A DNA stretch of 64,000 nt from an uncultured Chloroflexia bacterium. GTDB lineage: Bacteria > Chloroflexota > Anaerolineae > Anaerolineales > UBA4823. Under the pieces are notes generated by a model that saw only the letters and a list, made by a program, of their open reading frames with translations, did no database searches and was not told where the DNA came from. Made by a program: the position numbers and the translations under genes. Every line of letters starts with the position of its first letter. The first letter of the stretch is position 1. The stretch covers positions 407,861 through 471,860 of the forward strand of contig CAVZGO010000007.1 in NCBI GenBank assembly GCA_963774935.1. Direction: 5' to 3'. Positions 25,800 to 33,955 of the stretch are shown here, one piece after another.

Positions 25800-26131
25800 A
25801 TGATATTCGAATTCTGATTCGTAGACTTTTCATTTTCTGGTTGACATCTGTTCTCCAGTCACTACTGCACTCCGGAACAAGGACATTAAAAAGGCGGTGT
25901 TGAGAACGACGACGGGTACAGCGCAACTTCATGACACCCCTGCTGCGGGTCAATTCTTACGAAGAAATGAACGCCATCCTGCACAGGGCCTGCCAAGTCA
26001 ATATGCAGCGTCGAACCCGTGGCCATACTGATCGGGTGTATGAACTGTGGGAGGACGAAAAGCCATGTTTCCTGTTATTCAGCCTACTGATTATGTCCAA
26101 AATGAACTATTCTTCAGACCCTTCCCATTGA
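25800..26131 (+). pseudogene. IS21-family istA C-terminal fragment (stop + frameshift); no istB follows
   Basis: The forward strand reads ...HYCTPEQGH*KGGVEN, then after a frame change RRVQRNFMTPLLRVNSYEEMNAILHRACQVNMQRRTRGHTDRVYELWEDEKPCF. This matches the IstA C-terminal pattern C.P..P..KGKVE...Y....F...F.S.EELN..L..W......R.H. Confidence 0.6.
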
Positions 26132-26160
26132 AGCACTTATCAATACTGGTTACCTAACTC

Positions 26161-27303
26161 TCAAACCTTCCCCTCAAACGCGCGTCTCAGCAGCCCTTGA
26201 AACAGCATCTCTGCCTGTCTTTCTGTCTCGCGTTGCTGGATGCGTAGACGATCGTAGCGACGCACGACGTGTGCAAAAAGATCTTGATTTGCTAGAGGGG
26301 GCATAATAGTTTTGATCTTCTTGATGTCTTGAACATTGACATGTGGCGATGCAGAGCCACCAACCATTCTCTCAGCTTGTTTATAAATACTATCCAATTC
26401 AAGGACAGCCCATAAAAATTCGGGGGTTGCCTTCTGAGGATCCGCTCTAAATAGCATTATTCGTTGACCAAGACATATTTTCTTATTAGAATTTTCGGGA
26501 ATTCGTGCAGCATTTCCAAATCGAGCACCTTCACGACAATAAATCACATCATCTCCCATCGGAGTTCCTCGCTCTATCCTCTTGGCATATTCTTCGTATT
26601 CAACATATTTTGTGGTTGACCAGTCAAGGTAACCATTTTGTATATCAGAGCTTCTTACACTTGCATACTCAGTCTCGATTAAAGTATGTATTGGTGTTTC
26701 GTGTGGGCAATCCAAGATTGTTTCACACAAATCATTAATATGCCCGATTTCCCATCTTTTTAAGTTCGTTTCCGGCTCCCCAAACATCTCCACAAACACC
26801 GACTGCAAAAACGACTCCCCCAGCTCGCGCGCCGTGCGCCGCAGTTGCCTCAGTCGGTCTGCTTTCGCCAGGATCATCGCGATGCGGCGCTGCTCGGAGT
26901 GAGATGGAAGAGGAACAATCATCCTTTCAAGAAAATTTCGATTTACATGTGGTATTGTCGCCCCAGTACAATTGTCTTGAATTTCCTCGAATTTGCTCCT
27001 CAAAAAGTAGCCTAAATATGGACCATAAATAGTATCTTTATTTGGTCGTAAAATAGCCAGCGTGCTACCTGCATATCCTGTCAACCCGAAACCAATTGTT
27101 CCAGCGTTAGCACCATCCCAAGCAATCAGAACATCATTTACATTTGCAACAACAGCTTTTTCTACTTGTGCATACTTAGGTTTCCCGCCTGGTCGTAAAT
27201 CTTCAATTTGCAAATAAGGATACATTTCGGTTTTCGGTTTGCTAAAAACTTCGTCTGCTTTATTGCCTTTGATAATCGTGACCATTTCGCCAAGTGCTGT
27301 CAT
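26161..27303 (-). CDS. hsdS: Type I restriction-modification specificity subunit HsdS (two target-recognition domains)
   Basis: The protein is 380 aa. The conserved central helix is EQRRIAMILAKADRLRQLRRTARELGESFLQSVFVEMFG and the C-terminal helix is DRLRIQQRETERQAEMLFQGLLRRAFEG. These flank two variable domains. The gene overlaps hsdM by 4 nt. Confidence 0.9.
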   Translation of the reverse strand: MTALGEMVTIIKGNKADEVFSKPKTEMYPYLQIEDLRPGGKPKYAQVEKAVVANVNDVLIAWDGANAGTIGFGLTGYAGSTLAILRPNKDTIYGPYLGYFLRSKFEEIQDNCTGATIPHVNRNFLERMIVPLPSHSEQRRIAMILAKADRLRQLRRTARELGESFLQSVFVEMFGEPETNLKRWEIGHINDLCETILDCPHETPIHTLIETEYASVRSSDIQNGYLDWSTTKYVEYEEYAKRIERGTPMGDDVIYCREGARFGNAARIPENSNKKICLGQRIMLFRADPQKATPEFLWAVLELDSIYKQAERMVGGSASPHVNVQDIKKIKTIMPPLANQDLFAHVVRRYDRLRIQQRETERQAEMLFQGLLRRAFEGKV

Positions 27304-29042
27304 TTAAGCAACTCACCTAACTCTTTGATCTCCTCCTTCATCACCTGCTCCAGCCGCACCAGCCGCTCCAGCGTTACCTCCGGTTTCTCATAGTACACCT
27401 CGTCCGCTTCCACCTGCCGGTAGCGGCTGGCGGACAGGTCGTATTTATTCGCCTTGACCTGCGCCTTGCTCACCCAGAACTGCCGGCTGAGCTGCGCTAT
27501 CTCTGCCTGCAGCGGCGCGATCCGCCCCTCCAGCGCCACCAGCCGCTCCTGCGCCTCCGCCAGCTCCCCTTGCCCAGAATGGGGAGCGGCAACCTGAGCG
27601 TAGCTCAGGTCGGTGAGGGACTTAGGCCTGATCGCCGCCTCAAACCTCAGCCGGTTGATCTCTGCCTGCAGTCCCAACCGCTGCGCCTTGAGCGGCGCCG
27701 CCTGCGCTTGAAGCTCCTCCAGGCGCACCTGCCGCGCCTGCTGGAAGGCGGGCTCGCCGCGCTTCTGCCAGCAGGTCAGCACGTCCGGGATGTCGTTCTC
27801 TGCTACCGGCACGCGCTTGTCGTCCAGCGAGTAGCCGTCGTGCGCCATGTCGTAGAACCAAATCTCGCCCGTCTTTGCCCCGCGCGTGAACAGCAGCACC
27901 GCCGTGGATACCCCTGCATAGGGCCGGAATACCCCCGAAGGCATCGAGATCACCCCGTCCAGCCGGTTTTCTTCGAGTATCTTCTTGCGCAGCGCCACGT
28001 GCGCCTTACTGGAGCCAAACAGCACCCCGTCCGGCACGATCACCGCGCAGCGCCCGCCCATATCCAGGGCGCGCAGGATCAGGTGCACGAACAGCAGCTC
28101 GGTCTTGGTCGTGTCCCCCGGCAGCGTCGGGCTGGCGTCGCCCTTGTCCACCGCCCCCTTGAAGGGCGGGTTCATCAGGATCACGTCGTACTCGCGCTCG
28201 TCGGTGAACGCCTTGGAAAGCGTGTCCATGTAAAAGAACTGCGGTGAGTCGATCCCGTGCAGCATCAGGTTCATCGAGCCAATCCGCAGCATCGTCATCC
28301 CCGAATCGTTGTCGAAGCCGCGCAGGAACCTCTCGGATTTCATGAACTCCCGCTCGCGCTCATTCAGCCGGTCGCCGATCAGGTGATGCGGTAAGCCCTC
28401 TTCGTCGTAAGCCAGGATTTCTACCGAAGTGCCTTTTTCCAGCACGTACTGGTAGGCGTTCACCAGAAAGCCCGCCGTTCCGCCTGCCAGGTCGCCGATC
28501 CGCTCGGTGGGCTTGGGCGCTGCCATCTGCACCATCATGCGGATGATATGCCGCGGCGTGCGGAACTGCCCGTTGCGCCCCGCCGTGTTCAGCTTGCTCA
28601 GCAGGTATTCGTACAGGTCGCCCTGCACGTCCTGGTTCTGCTGGCTGATCTCCATCTGGTCGATCAGCTTGCAGGCTTCGATCAGCAGGCTCGCCTTGCT
28701 GATCTTGCACTCGGCGTTTGCCATGTAGCGCTCGAAAGAGCTGCCCTGTTCGCCCAGCGTGCGGAACCACGGGAAGATCGTCTCCTTCAGATGGCGCAGC
28801 GCCTGGCCCGCTTCGTACTTCGTCCAGTTCTGCCAGCGCATCTCAGCCGGGATTCTGCCCGGGTACTCCGCTTCGCGCCGCCGCGCCTGGCGCTCCAGCG
28901 CATTTTCGCGGTCGTCCAGGCGCTTCAAGAACAGCAAATACGAAAACTGCTCGATCGCGTCCAGCGGGTTGGTCAGCCCGCCCGACCAGAACTTGTCCCA
29001 CAGCGCGTCCACTTGCGATTTGAGTTTCGGATCAGTCAGCAT
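27300..29042 (-). CDS. hsdM: Type I restriction-modification DNA methyltransferase subunit HsdM (N6-adenine), with a long C-terminal coiled-coil extension
   Basis: The HsdM_N part is LWDKFWSGGLTNPLDAIEQFSYLLFLKRLD. The AdoMet motif is DLAGGTAGFL and the catalytic motif is VILMNPPFKG. Confidence 0.93.
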   Translation of the reverse strand: MLTDPKLKSQVDALWDKFWSGGLTNPLDAIEQFSYLLFLKRLDDRENALERQARRREAEYPGRIPAEMRWQNWTKYEAGQALRHLKETIFPWFRTLGEQGSSFERYMANAECKISKASLLIEACKLIDQMEISQQNQDVQGDLYEYLLSKLNTAGRNGQFRTPRHIIRMMVQMAAPKPTERIGDLAGGTAGFLVNAYQYVLEKGTSVEILAYDEEGLPHHLIGDRLNEREREFMKSERFLRGFDNDSGMTMLRIGSMNLMLHGIDSPQFFYMDTLSKAFTDEREYDVILMNPPFKGAVDKGDASPTLPGDTTKTELLFVHLILRALDMGGRCAVIVPDGVLFGSSKAHVALRKKILEENRLDGVISMPSGVFRPYAGVSTAVLLFTRGAKTGEIWFYDMAHDGYSLDDKRVPVAENDIPDVLTCWQKRGEPAFQQARQVRLEELQAQAAPLKAQRLGLQAEINRLRFEAAIRPKSLTDLSYAQVAAPHSGQGELAEAQERLVALEGRIAPLQAEIAQLSRQFWVSKAQVKANKYDLSASRYRQVEADEVYYEKPEVTLERLVRLEQVMKEEIKELGELLK

Positions 29043-29045
29043 AGC

Positions 29046-29429
29046 TTATCGATTGGCTTTCTTTTCGATATATTGCACGCCCTCAAGACCTTTGAAGTGC
29101 GCGTCCTGGGTCCACAGCGTGGCCTTATAAGCCCTGGCGCTCGCCAGGATGATGCTGTCTGCCATTGCCAATTTTAATTCGGTCGATAGCAAGGCCGCCT
29201 CAATGGCAATTTGCCTGTCTAAATCGATGACGTTTCCCACCACCATGCTGCCGGCAGCGTTCAAGGCTCGTGCTTCGCCAAATTCCGTTAGCACTCGCTT
29301 GAATACTTCGTACAGGCAGATGGTCGGCGTCACCAGGCTGTCCGCCTCCTGAATTGGCGCAGCAAAGAAATCGGCATTGACCCCGTCCGTGAGATATTCC
29401 AACCACCCAGATGAGTCAACAACGTTCAT
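29046..29429 (-). CDS. vapC: PIN-domain ribonuclease toxin VapC
   Basis: MNVVDSSGWLEYL... starts with the first acidic PIN residue, and LAMADSIILASA / TQDAHF carry the later ones. The protein is 127 aa. It overlaps vapB by 4 nt, and its stop lies 3 nt before the hsdM ATG. Confidence 0.85.
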   Translation of the reverse strand: MNVVDSSGWLEYLTDGVNADFFAAPIQEADSLVTPTICLYEVFKRVLTEFGEARALNAAGSMVVGNVIDLDRQIAIEAALLSTELKLAMADSIILASARAYKATLWTQDAHFKGLEGVQYIEKKANR

Positions 29430-29641
29430 TCGCGTTCCTCATCTTCTTCTTCACGGATACCTTCGATGTTCAATCCCTTCAGCATCCCACGTGCCTCTTC
29501 GATAGGCGGCACGATTACCACCCGTAAAGTCCCCTGATAAGGGATAAAGGCCAGCTTTTGCCCGGGCTTTAAGTTGAATTTTTCCCGCACTTCGCGCGGT
29601 ATAACCACCTGGAACTTGGATGAAATAGTTACTGCTTCCAT
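29426..29641 (-). CDS. vapB: AbrB/SpoVT-family antitoxin VapB
   Basis: MEAVTISSKFQVVIPREVREKFNLKPGQKLAFIP is a swapped-hairpin AbrB/MazE DNA-binding fold. The acidic C-terminal tail is EGIREEEDEERE. Confidence 0.85.
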   Translation of the reverse strand: MEAVTISSKFQVVIPREVREKFNLKPGQKLAFIPYQGTLRVVIVPPIEEARGMLKGLNIEGIREEEDEERE

Positions 29642-29679
29642 CGCTTTACGTCTCCTTATCGAACAGATAATGTAAGACG

Positions 29680-29708
29680 ATTATATCACCTTGTTAATTA
29701 ATTGTCTT
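29680..29708 (-). promoter_or_regulatory. Candidate sigma70-type promoter for vapBC(-hsdMS), with the TTAATTAA palindrome in the spacer
   Basis: The reverse strand reads AAGACA-17 nt-TATAAT (-35 at 29708-29703, -10 at 29685-29680). It lies in the AT-rich 114-nt gap between hsdR and vapB, and the spacer contains ttaattaa. Confidence 0.4.
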
Positions 29709-29755
29709 TTGATTCGCTAATGCATAAAATTGTTTCCACCGCTTGGAAGGGTTTG

Positions 29756-32494
29756 TCAGACCTCTAACCCCTGGGTGAAATGGATCAATTCAGAAACCTC
29801 GTTGGGCGAAAACCAGCGCTCTACCACATCCACGCCGAATTTGTCGAACGGCGCCTCGTACAAATCGGCGGTCTCCAGGCGCCGCTTCTGCAGGAACACG
29901 CTCTGCACCGCCCGCAGAAAGCGGATCTGGTCGCCATTGTACGGGTGGGCTGCGATGAACTGCAGGAATTGGTGCTGCACCACCTCGCCGTAGCCCGGGA
30001 TGGCATCTACCGCCAGCACCAGGCGCAGGAAGTCCAGGAAGCTATCCGCCTGCACCCCGTACGCCCGGCGGATGTTCTGCGGCGTCAGCTCCAGCGCGCT
30101 CCCCGCCAGCTCTGAGCGCAGCACGCGCTCCAGGTCGAGCAGCGCCAAATCGTCCGGGGTCTCGCCCCGCCCGATTGCTTGCAGCGCCGGGTGGCTTTCC
30201 ACAATCGCCAGGATGCGCGCTTCCACCCGCAGGCGGTATTCTTTGACGTACACCTGCTCGCCGCTCTGCGTCAGCAGGATGTAGCCGCTCAGGTCGATCC
30301 GGTCGGGCAGGTCCAGCATCAGGAAGTTGTTCACTCGCCGCCGGTTTTTCATCTGCGGCGCCAGCCCGGCTGCGATCTGGCTGAGCTCGGCAGGCTTTGC
30401 CTGGGCCAGGTTGTTGGGCGTGCACTGCCGCACCAGCGGCGCCAGCGCAGGGTCCTCGGTGACGAATTCTGGCAGGCTGGCGGCGTCCTCCACAATCGAC
30501 TGCACCAGGGCGCTCGCCTCCCTGCCTGTGCGCTGCGCCAGCTTCAAGCGCTCGATCTTGTGCTGGAAGGTCTCCGCTGGCACGTCCACCTCCGCCGCCA
30601 GGCGCAGCAGCGGGCCGACCTTCAGGCGCAGAAAATCGATCTTAGACGGGATCAGGTAGCCCCAAAACGCCTCGCCGAAGGCTTCTTCGATCTCGGGCAG
30701 CACCCGCCGCACCGAGAACGATTCTTTGGGGATGCGGTTGACCTGCGCCAGCAGGTCACCGGTCACCTGCTGGCAGCCGGGGTCGTTTTGCTCGCCCAGG
30801 TAGGTCTCCAGCAGCTTCAGGCGCGTGTTGAACAGCGCCACCAGCACCGGCAGCTCCTGCCTCAGCGCCTCCTCGGGCGCCTTGTTGAAATCGTTCTCCC
30901 AGAAGTCGATCACCAGGAATTCCTGCTTGCTCCCGCCCGGCAGCCGCTCGGGGAACCGGCAGGCCGCGTTCGAGCGCGTGCCCCGCCCGATCATCTGCTC
31001 CAGCTTGATGCGTGACTGCACCGGTTTCATGAATACCAGGTTGACCACCTCCGGCACGTCGATGCCGGTGTCCAGCATATCCACCGAAATGGCGATGCGC
31101 GGCAGCTCTTCCTGTTTAAAGCGCTTTACCAGTTGGCCGCGGTACTCGGATTTATACGTGATCACCCGCGCCAGGTTGGGAAACTGCGGGTACATTTCGT
31201 CGAAGGTATCTTGCAGCCGCAGGGCATGCTCCTGGGTCATTGCAAAAACAATCGTCTTACCGGGTAGCTGCCCGGACTGGTCATAGAAGCACTGCCCCAT
31301 AATTTCTTCCCACTGCCGGCGCAGCGTGTCCTTGTTGCTGACGTCTTTCTCGAGCTGCGTGCCTTCGAAATCGATCTCGTCCGGGTCAAAGCCCTGCTCG
31401 ATCAATTGGTTGCGGTCTTCGTCGCTCAGGTCGATGCCGCGGATACCCTGGCGCTGGAAGTGGGTTTGCGCTGCGTACAGGGTGTAATCCACCAGGTAGC
31501 CTTCTTCGATCGCCTGCTTGTAAAGATACAGGAAGGTCGGCTTGCCATCCCCGCAGTCGAAGACCCGGAAGGTGTCCCGGTCGATGAACTGCGCTGGTGT
31601 GGCGGTCAGCCCGATCATCCGCCCGTCGAAGTACTGCAGCACTTCGTTGAACTTGTTGAAAATCGAGCGGTGCACTTCGTCGAAAATGATCAGGTCGAAA
31701 AAAGCCGGCGAGAACTGCTCGAAGCACTGGCTGAGGGTCTGCAGGGTCACTGCATACAGCCGCTTGGTCTTATCAATCGTGTGTGAGTAGATCCGGTCGC
31801 ACGGCTCGTTTGGCAGGAACTTCTCGAAGCCGTCCGTCTTGGCCTGCTCCACCAGCGCGTCGCGGTCTGCCACGAACAGGATCGTGCGCGCCTGGTTGGC
31901 ACGCAGAAAAACGTCGATAATCGACATGGTGGTGCGCGTCTTGCCCGTGCCGGTCGCCATCACAAGCAGCGCCTTGCGTTTTCCCGCATCGAACGCTTCG
32001 CACACCCGCCGCACCGCTTCATGCTGGTAGGGTCGGTCGGTGATGCGGTTGTCGATAGCAATGCTGCTGAGCGGTTTCTGCTGCTGGCGCAGGAACAGCA
32101 GCCGCTCCAGGTCATCCGGGGTGGCAAAGCCGTACACCATCCGCTTGGGCGCTGCGCCCGCATCCAGGAAATAAATATCTGTCCCGTTTGCCAGGTAAGC
32201 GAAGGGTTGGAAGCTCTGGTGCTTATGGATCTCGGCTACGTAGTGCTCCGCCTGCTGCTGCGCCAGGCGCGGGTCGTGGCTGGTGCGCTTGGCTTCCACC
32301 ACCGCGATCACCTCACCGTTAGCCCGGTACAGGCAGTAATCCGTCACCCCGTTCCACGGCTCCTGGTCGTAGCCATCCACCGGAATCTCGATCCCCACCT
32401 GGGCGTGATTCCTCAAGTTCCACCCCGCCCGTTCCAGCGCCGGATCGATCATCTCCTTGCGCGTCTCTGCTTCCGAAATTCTACGCATGCCCAT
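29756..32494 (-). CDS. hsdR: Type I restriction enzyme R subunit HsdR (SF2 helicase/translocase + nuclease)
   Basis: The N-terminal part is AETRKEMIDPALERAGW. The Walker A motif is MATGTGKT and the DEAD-box variant is IIFDEVHRS. Helicase C motifs are TGIDVPEVVNLVFM and QMIGRGTR. The protein is 912 aa. Confidence 0.93.
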   Translation of the reverse strand: MGMRRISEAETRKEMIDPALERAGWNLRNHAQVGIEIPVDGYDQEPWNGVTDYCLYRANGEVIAVVEAKRTSHDPRLAQQQAEHYVAEIHKHQSFQPFAYLANGTDIYFLDAGAAPKRMVYGFATPDDLERLLFLRQQQKPLSSIAIDNRITDRPYQHEAVRRVCEAFDAGKRKALLVMATGTGKTRTTMSIIDVFLRANQARTILFVADRDALVEQAKTDGFEKFLPNEPCDRIYSHTIDKTKRLYAVTLQTLSQCFEQFSPAFFDLIIFDEVHRSIFNKFNEVLQYFDGRMIGLTATPAQFIDRDTFRVFDCGDGKPTFLYLYKQAIEEGYLVDYTLYAAQTHFQRQGIRGIDLSDEDRNQLIEQGFDPDEIDFEGTQLEKDVSNKDTLRRQWEEIMGQCFYDQSGQLPGKTIVFAMTQEHALRLQDTFDEMYPQFPNLARVITYKSEYRGQLVKRFKQEELPRIAISVDMLDTGIDVPEVVNLVFMKPVQSRIKLEQMIGRGTRSNAACRFPERLPGGSKQEFLVIDFWENDFNKAPEEALRQELPVLVALFNTRLKLLETYLGEQNDPGCQQVTGDLLAQVNRIPKESFSVRRVLPEIEEAFGEAFWGYLIPSKIDFLRLKVGPLLRLAAEVDVPAETFQHKIERLKLAQRTGREASALVQSIVEDAASLPEFVTEDPALAPLVRQCTPNNLAQAKPAELSQIAAGLAPQMKNRRRVNNFLMLDLPDRIDLSGYILLTQSGEQVYVKEYRLRVEARILAIVESHPALQAIGRGETPDDLALLDLERVLRSELAGSALELTPQNIRRAYGVQADSFLDFLRLVLAVDAIPGYGEVVQHQFLQFIAAHPYNGDQIRFLRAVQSVFLQKRRLETADLYEAPFDKFGVDVVERWFSPNEVSELIHFTQGLEV

Positions 32495-33302
32495 CTTCTC
32501 CCACCACCCGCTCCAGGTTCTCCTTCGTCAGCAATCCCAGGTCAAACCCCGGCTCGACAAACGGGCGCACATCCGCCCGGATGCTCTCCCAATCCAGGTC
32601 GCCCAGGCGCTCGTTCACCCGTGACCGCCAGTTGGCTTCGGTCAGCAGCCCTCCCTGCCAGCTCGTTTGCGCCAGGGCGTTGTTGAGCAGCACCAGGTTG
32701 GGCGGCGGCCAGGCCGGGTCGCTCAGGTACCAGAGCAGGTCGAATAGATCGCGCCCCTTGGTGTAAGGTCGTTGTAAGATCGCGTGCAGCTTTCCTGAAA
32801 GCAGCGAGGCCTTGTCGTGATGCTGGAGCTGGAGCACGAAATAACGCCGCACCACGCTGGTGGTCAGTCCCGCACCGGCTGGCGGGTGGGTATCCACTTC
32901 CAGCTTGATCGCCAGCACTTCGCTGCGCTGTCCGGACAAGCCAAGCTCGTAAAGCAAGCCGGGGAAGCGCACAAAGGCGCTGTGGACCGCCTTTTGATCG
33001 TTGATCTTTAATTCAACAGGATAACCTTCTGGCATCAATTCGGCCCGGATGGCCTGCAAATAGCCGCGGAAATCGTAGGCAGCCGGTTCGCCGCCTTCCA
33101 GGGCAAAATCCAGGTCTTCAGAGTAGCGCCCGTGGCCGTACAGGAAGCGCAAGGCTGTGCCGCCGTGAAAAGCCAGCGGCATCATTGCCCCTGCCCGCTG
33201 CAGTGCGGCCAAAATGCGCGCCTGCAGGTACTCACGCGCCAGGTTGCGCCCCTGCGCTGGCGTGCTCGCCTGCCGCACCAGCTCAGCCAGGTGCTCTTTC
33301 AT
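32481..33302 (-). CDS. abiEii: AbiEii/AbiGii-family nucleotidyltransferase toxin (type IV TA)
   Basis: LAFHGGTALRFLYGHGRYSEDLDFAL is the family signature. The gene overlaps abiEi by 4 nt and hsdR by 14 nt. Confidence 0.85.
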   Translation of the reverse strand: MKEHLAELVRQASTPAQGRNLAREYLQARILAALQRAGAMMPLAFHGGTALRFLYGHGRYSEDLDFALEGGEPAAYDFRGYLQAIRAELMPEGYPVELKINDQKAVHSAFVRFPGLLYELGLSGQRSEVLAIKLEVDTHPPAGAGLTTSVVRRYFVLQLQHHDKASLLSGKLHAILQRPYTKGRDLFDLLWYLSDPAWPPPNLVLLNNALAQTSWQGGLLTEANWRSRVNERLGDLDWESIRADVRPFVEPGFDLGLLTKENLERVVGEDGHA

Positions 33303-33949
33303 AATGGCTCATACTCCTGGGCTTCCGCTTCAGCCAGGCGCAGGATCGCCTGGACGGCTCGGCGCAGCTTGGGCGTGTTGAATCCTTCAGCTTGCTTTTG
33401 CAGCGCTTCCAAGTCCAATCTTTCCAGGTTCTGCAGCCGCAGTTCGCGCAGGTAGTCGGGATGATCCCCTCCAGGCTGCAGATACACCAGGTCAAGCAGG
33501 GCCTTTTCCGGAGTCGCGACGAGCGCATGCTGGCTTGGCTGCATGCGGTTCAGGTCGATCATGCGGTATCCGCTCAGCAGGTTTTGCTTGACGTGCCGGA
33601 ACTCGAACACGCCCAGGGGTGTTTCCCAGCGCCCTGGGCGGCCGGTGGTTGCACTGAGGGTGGCGTGCACAATATCCGGGATCAGCCCGTAAAAAGCCAG
33701 CGCCGTCTGGCAGCTCACGTAGGATGCCCGCTGCAGTTGGTTGGCGATTAAAAAAGGGTGCGGCTTCACCTTCTGGTAAGGCGGCGCCAGGGCATACAGC
33801 CCACGCCGCAGCTGGTACAACCGCCCACTTTTTGTCCAGCGCGTGAGCTGCAGCCGCACGATGTCCGGGTTCACCTTTCCCGCCAGCAGCATCGCGGTTT
33901 CAAATACCGGCTCGTCGCCGATCAGTTCCAGCAAACTTTCGAATTCCAT
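33299..33949 (-). CDS. abiEi: AbiEi-family antitoxin/transcriptional regulator (type IV TA)
   Basis: The N-terminal winged-helix part LQLTRWTKSGRLYQLRRGLYALAPP is followed by a C-terminal AbiEi_4-like domain. The protein is 216 aa. Confidence 0.85.
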   Translation of the reverse strand: MEFESLLELIGDEPVFETAMLLAGKVNPDIVRLQLTRWTKSGRLYQLRRGLYALAPPYQKVKPHPFLIANQLQRASYVSCQTALAFYGLIPDIVHATLSATTGRPGRWETPLGVFEFRHVKQNLLSGYRMIDLNRMQPSQHALVATPEKALLDLVYLQPGGDHPDYLRELRLQNLERLDLEALQKQAEGFNTPKLRRAVQAILRLAEAEAQEYEPL

Positions 33950-33955
33950 ATCGAA

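Noticed and set aside
17333-26131. Single-inversion model: one istA gene split by inversion of the whole 8.5-kb segment, with the N-terminal part at 17.4-18.0 kb (-) and the C-terminal part at 25.8-26.1 kb (+)
   Set aside because: The left piece has its own pair of inverted terminal repeats and an IstB C-terminal tail, so it is a self-contained deletion derivative and not half of a split gene. Two separate IS copies explain the data better.
27570-32686. Long plus-strand ORFs overlapping hsdM, hsdR and abiEii (27570..28247, 28548..29177, 30179..31015, 32021..32686 and others)
   Set aside because: They are antisense to genes with unambiguous type I R-M/AbiE motifs, and their products are Arg/Pro/Leu-rich without motifs.
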